From positions 4,636 to 68,635 of the forward strand of contig NW_021835982.1 in NCBI RefSeq assembly GCF_006345805.1: a DNA stretch of 64,000 nt. The letters are read 5' to 3'. The stretch's first letter is position 1, and the number at the start of each line of letters is the position of its first letter. This DNA comes from Octopus sinensis. Taxonomy: Eukaryota. The notes below the pieces were generated by a model, which was given only the letters and a program-made list of their open reading frames with translations, was not told where the DNA came from and did not search any database. Below are positions 62,940-64,000 of this stretch, piece after piece. The translations under genes were made by a program, and so were the position numbers.

Positions 62940-64000
62940 GTAGTCAGCTGACAATGGTTAGCAAACCGAGTAAAAAGCTCAGTGGCATTTCGTCCGTCTT
63001 TCGTCAGAGATCAAATTTTTCCAAAGTCCACATTGCCTTTCAGCCCTTCGGGGTCGATAAATTAAGTAGCGTTTGAGCCTTGGGGGTCGATGTCACCGAC
63101 TTACGCTCTCCTACGAACTTTCTAGATTTCTGCCAAATTTGAAATCAATAGTTACATAAGAACATAAGACGGTGAGCCGGTAGAATCGTCAGCACACCGG
63201 AAGAAATTCTTCGCGGCATTTCGTCTGTCTTATTAAGGTTCTAAGTTCAAATTCCGCCGAGATCGACTTTGCGTTTCATCCTTTCGATCGGTGGCATTGT
63301 GTTTACATTTGATGCCATTTTTAAAACAGTGAAATGACAGAATCGTTGGTGCTTCAAAAACATTGATATTCTGTGTTTTTCTCTAATTTTTTTTCGGCTC
63401 AACTTTTCCTTTCATCTTTACAGAATCAATAAAATACAGAAACAATCAATAAACTCTTTATCCCAGTAATTTTTTTATTGTGTGCCAGTGAGTGAACCAA
63501 TAATTTTAATAGCGGCGAGAACAACGAGGATCTTTACAGCAGGATCTTTACAGCCTCGGGCAAAATGCCTAGCATCATTTCTCCCAGTTCTTTACACTCT
63601 GAGCTGAAATCATTCCAAGGTCAACTTTTACATTGGAAATTCTGCGGTCGATAGAACAAAGTACCAATCAAATTCTCGGGTCAATATAATTCAATCTTTC
63701 CTCTTCCTAATATTTCTGGTTCTCTCCCTTTCTAAGGGCGCTTGGCTTAAGGATTAGGATGTTGTGCTCATGATCGCTAGATCGTGTGTTCGATATCTGG
63801 ATCTAGACTACCTTTCTAACAAACTGTTTATTAAGGCATCGGTGAAGGCATCAAGCTGGCAAAATCGTTAAAACGTCAGACTCCTTTGCGGTATTTGTTG
63901 CAACGCTTTACAGTCTGACTCCAAATTCCACCGCGGTCACATTTGTCTTTGATCTATCGGAGAATGAATAAAATAGAAAACCAAGTCAAGTACTTCGGTC
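62940..64000 (+). mobile_element. Cluster of old, degenerate SINE family C copies
   Basis: Repeated decayed B-box/AAATTCC..GGTCGA(TA) motifs at ~63000, 63240, 63600 and 63920. Confidence 0.6.

Overview
AT-rich eukaryotic DNA dominated by microsatellites ((TA)n, (CA)n, (TCTA)n, (CATA)n, (TAA)n, (GAT)n) and transposable elements. The repeat repertoire resembles an octopus or other coleoid cephalopod genome; this is from recall and was not verified. No host protein-coding gene can be supported, and most long ORFs in the track are microsatellite artefacts. Mobile elements present: CR1/L2-type LINE fragments; a ~6.2 kb L1/Tx1-clade LINE plus two partial copies, all abutting (TCTA)n; a 5'-inverted RTE LINE with an 11-bp TSD; an R4/Dong-like RLE LINE inside (TAA)n; mariner (DD34D-type) and maT (DD37D) remnants; a Helitron Rep/Hel remnant and three non-autonomous Helitrons; three tRNA-derived SINE families; several fold-back inverted repeats; and a U6 pseudogene. 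The most striking unexplained signal is a set of minimal type I hammerhead ribozyme motifs: about eight clear or variant copies from several unrelated sequence families, plus decayed ones, mostly in short modules embedded in (TA)n. They include one fully canonical copy, a U3-A8 covariant, an A6U family, and one at the 3' end of a tRNA-headed SINE-like composite. Together they suggest a Penelope-like/retrozyme-type ribozyme-bearing retroelement system.
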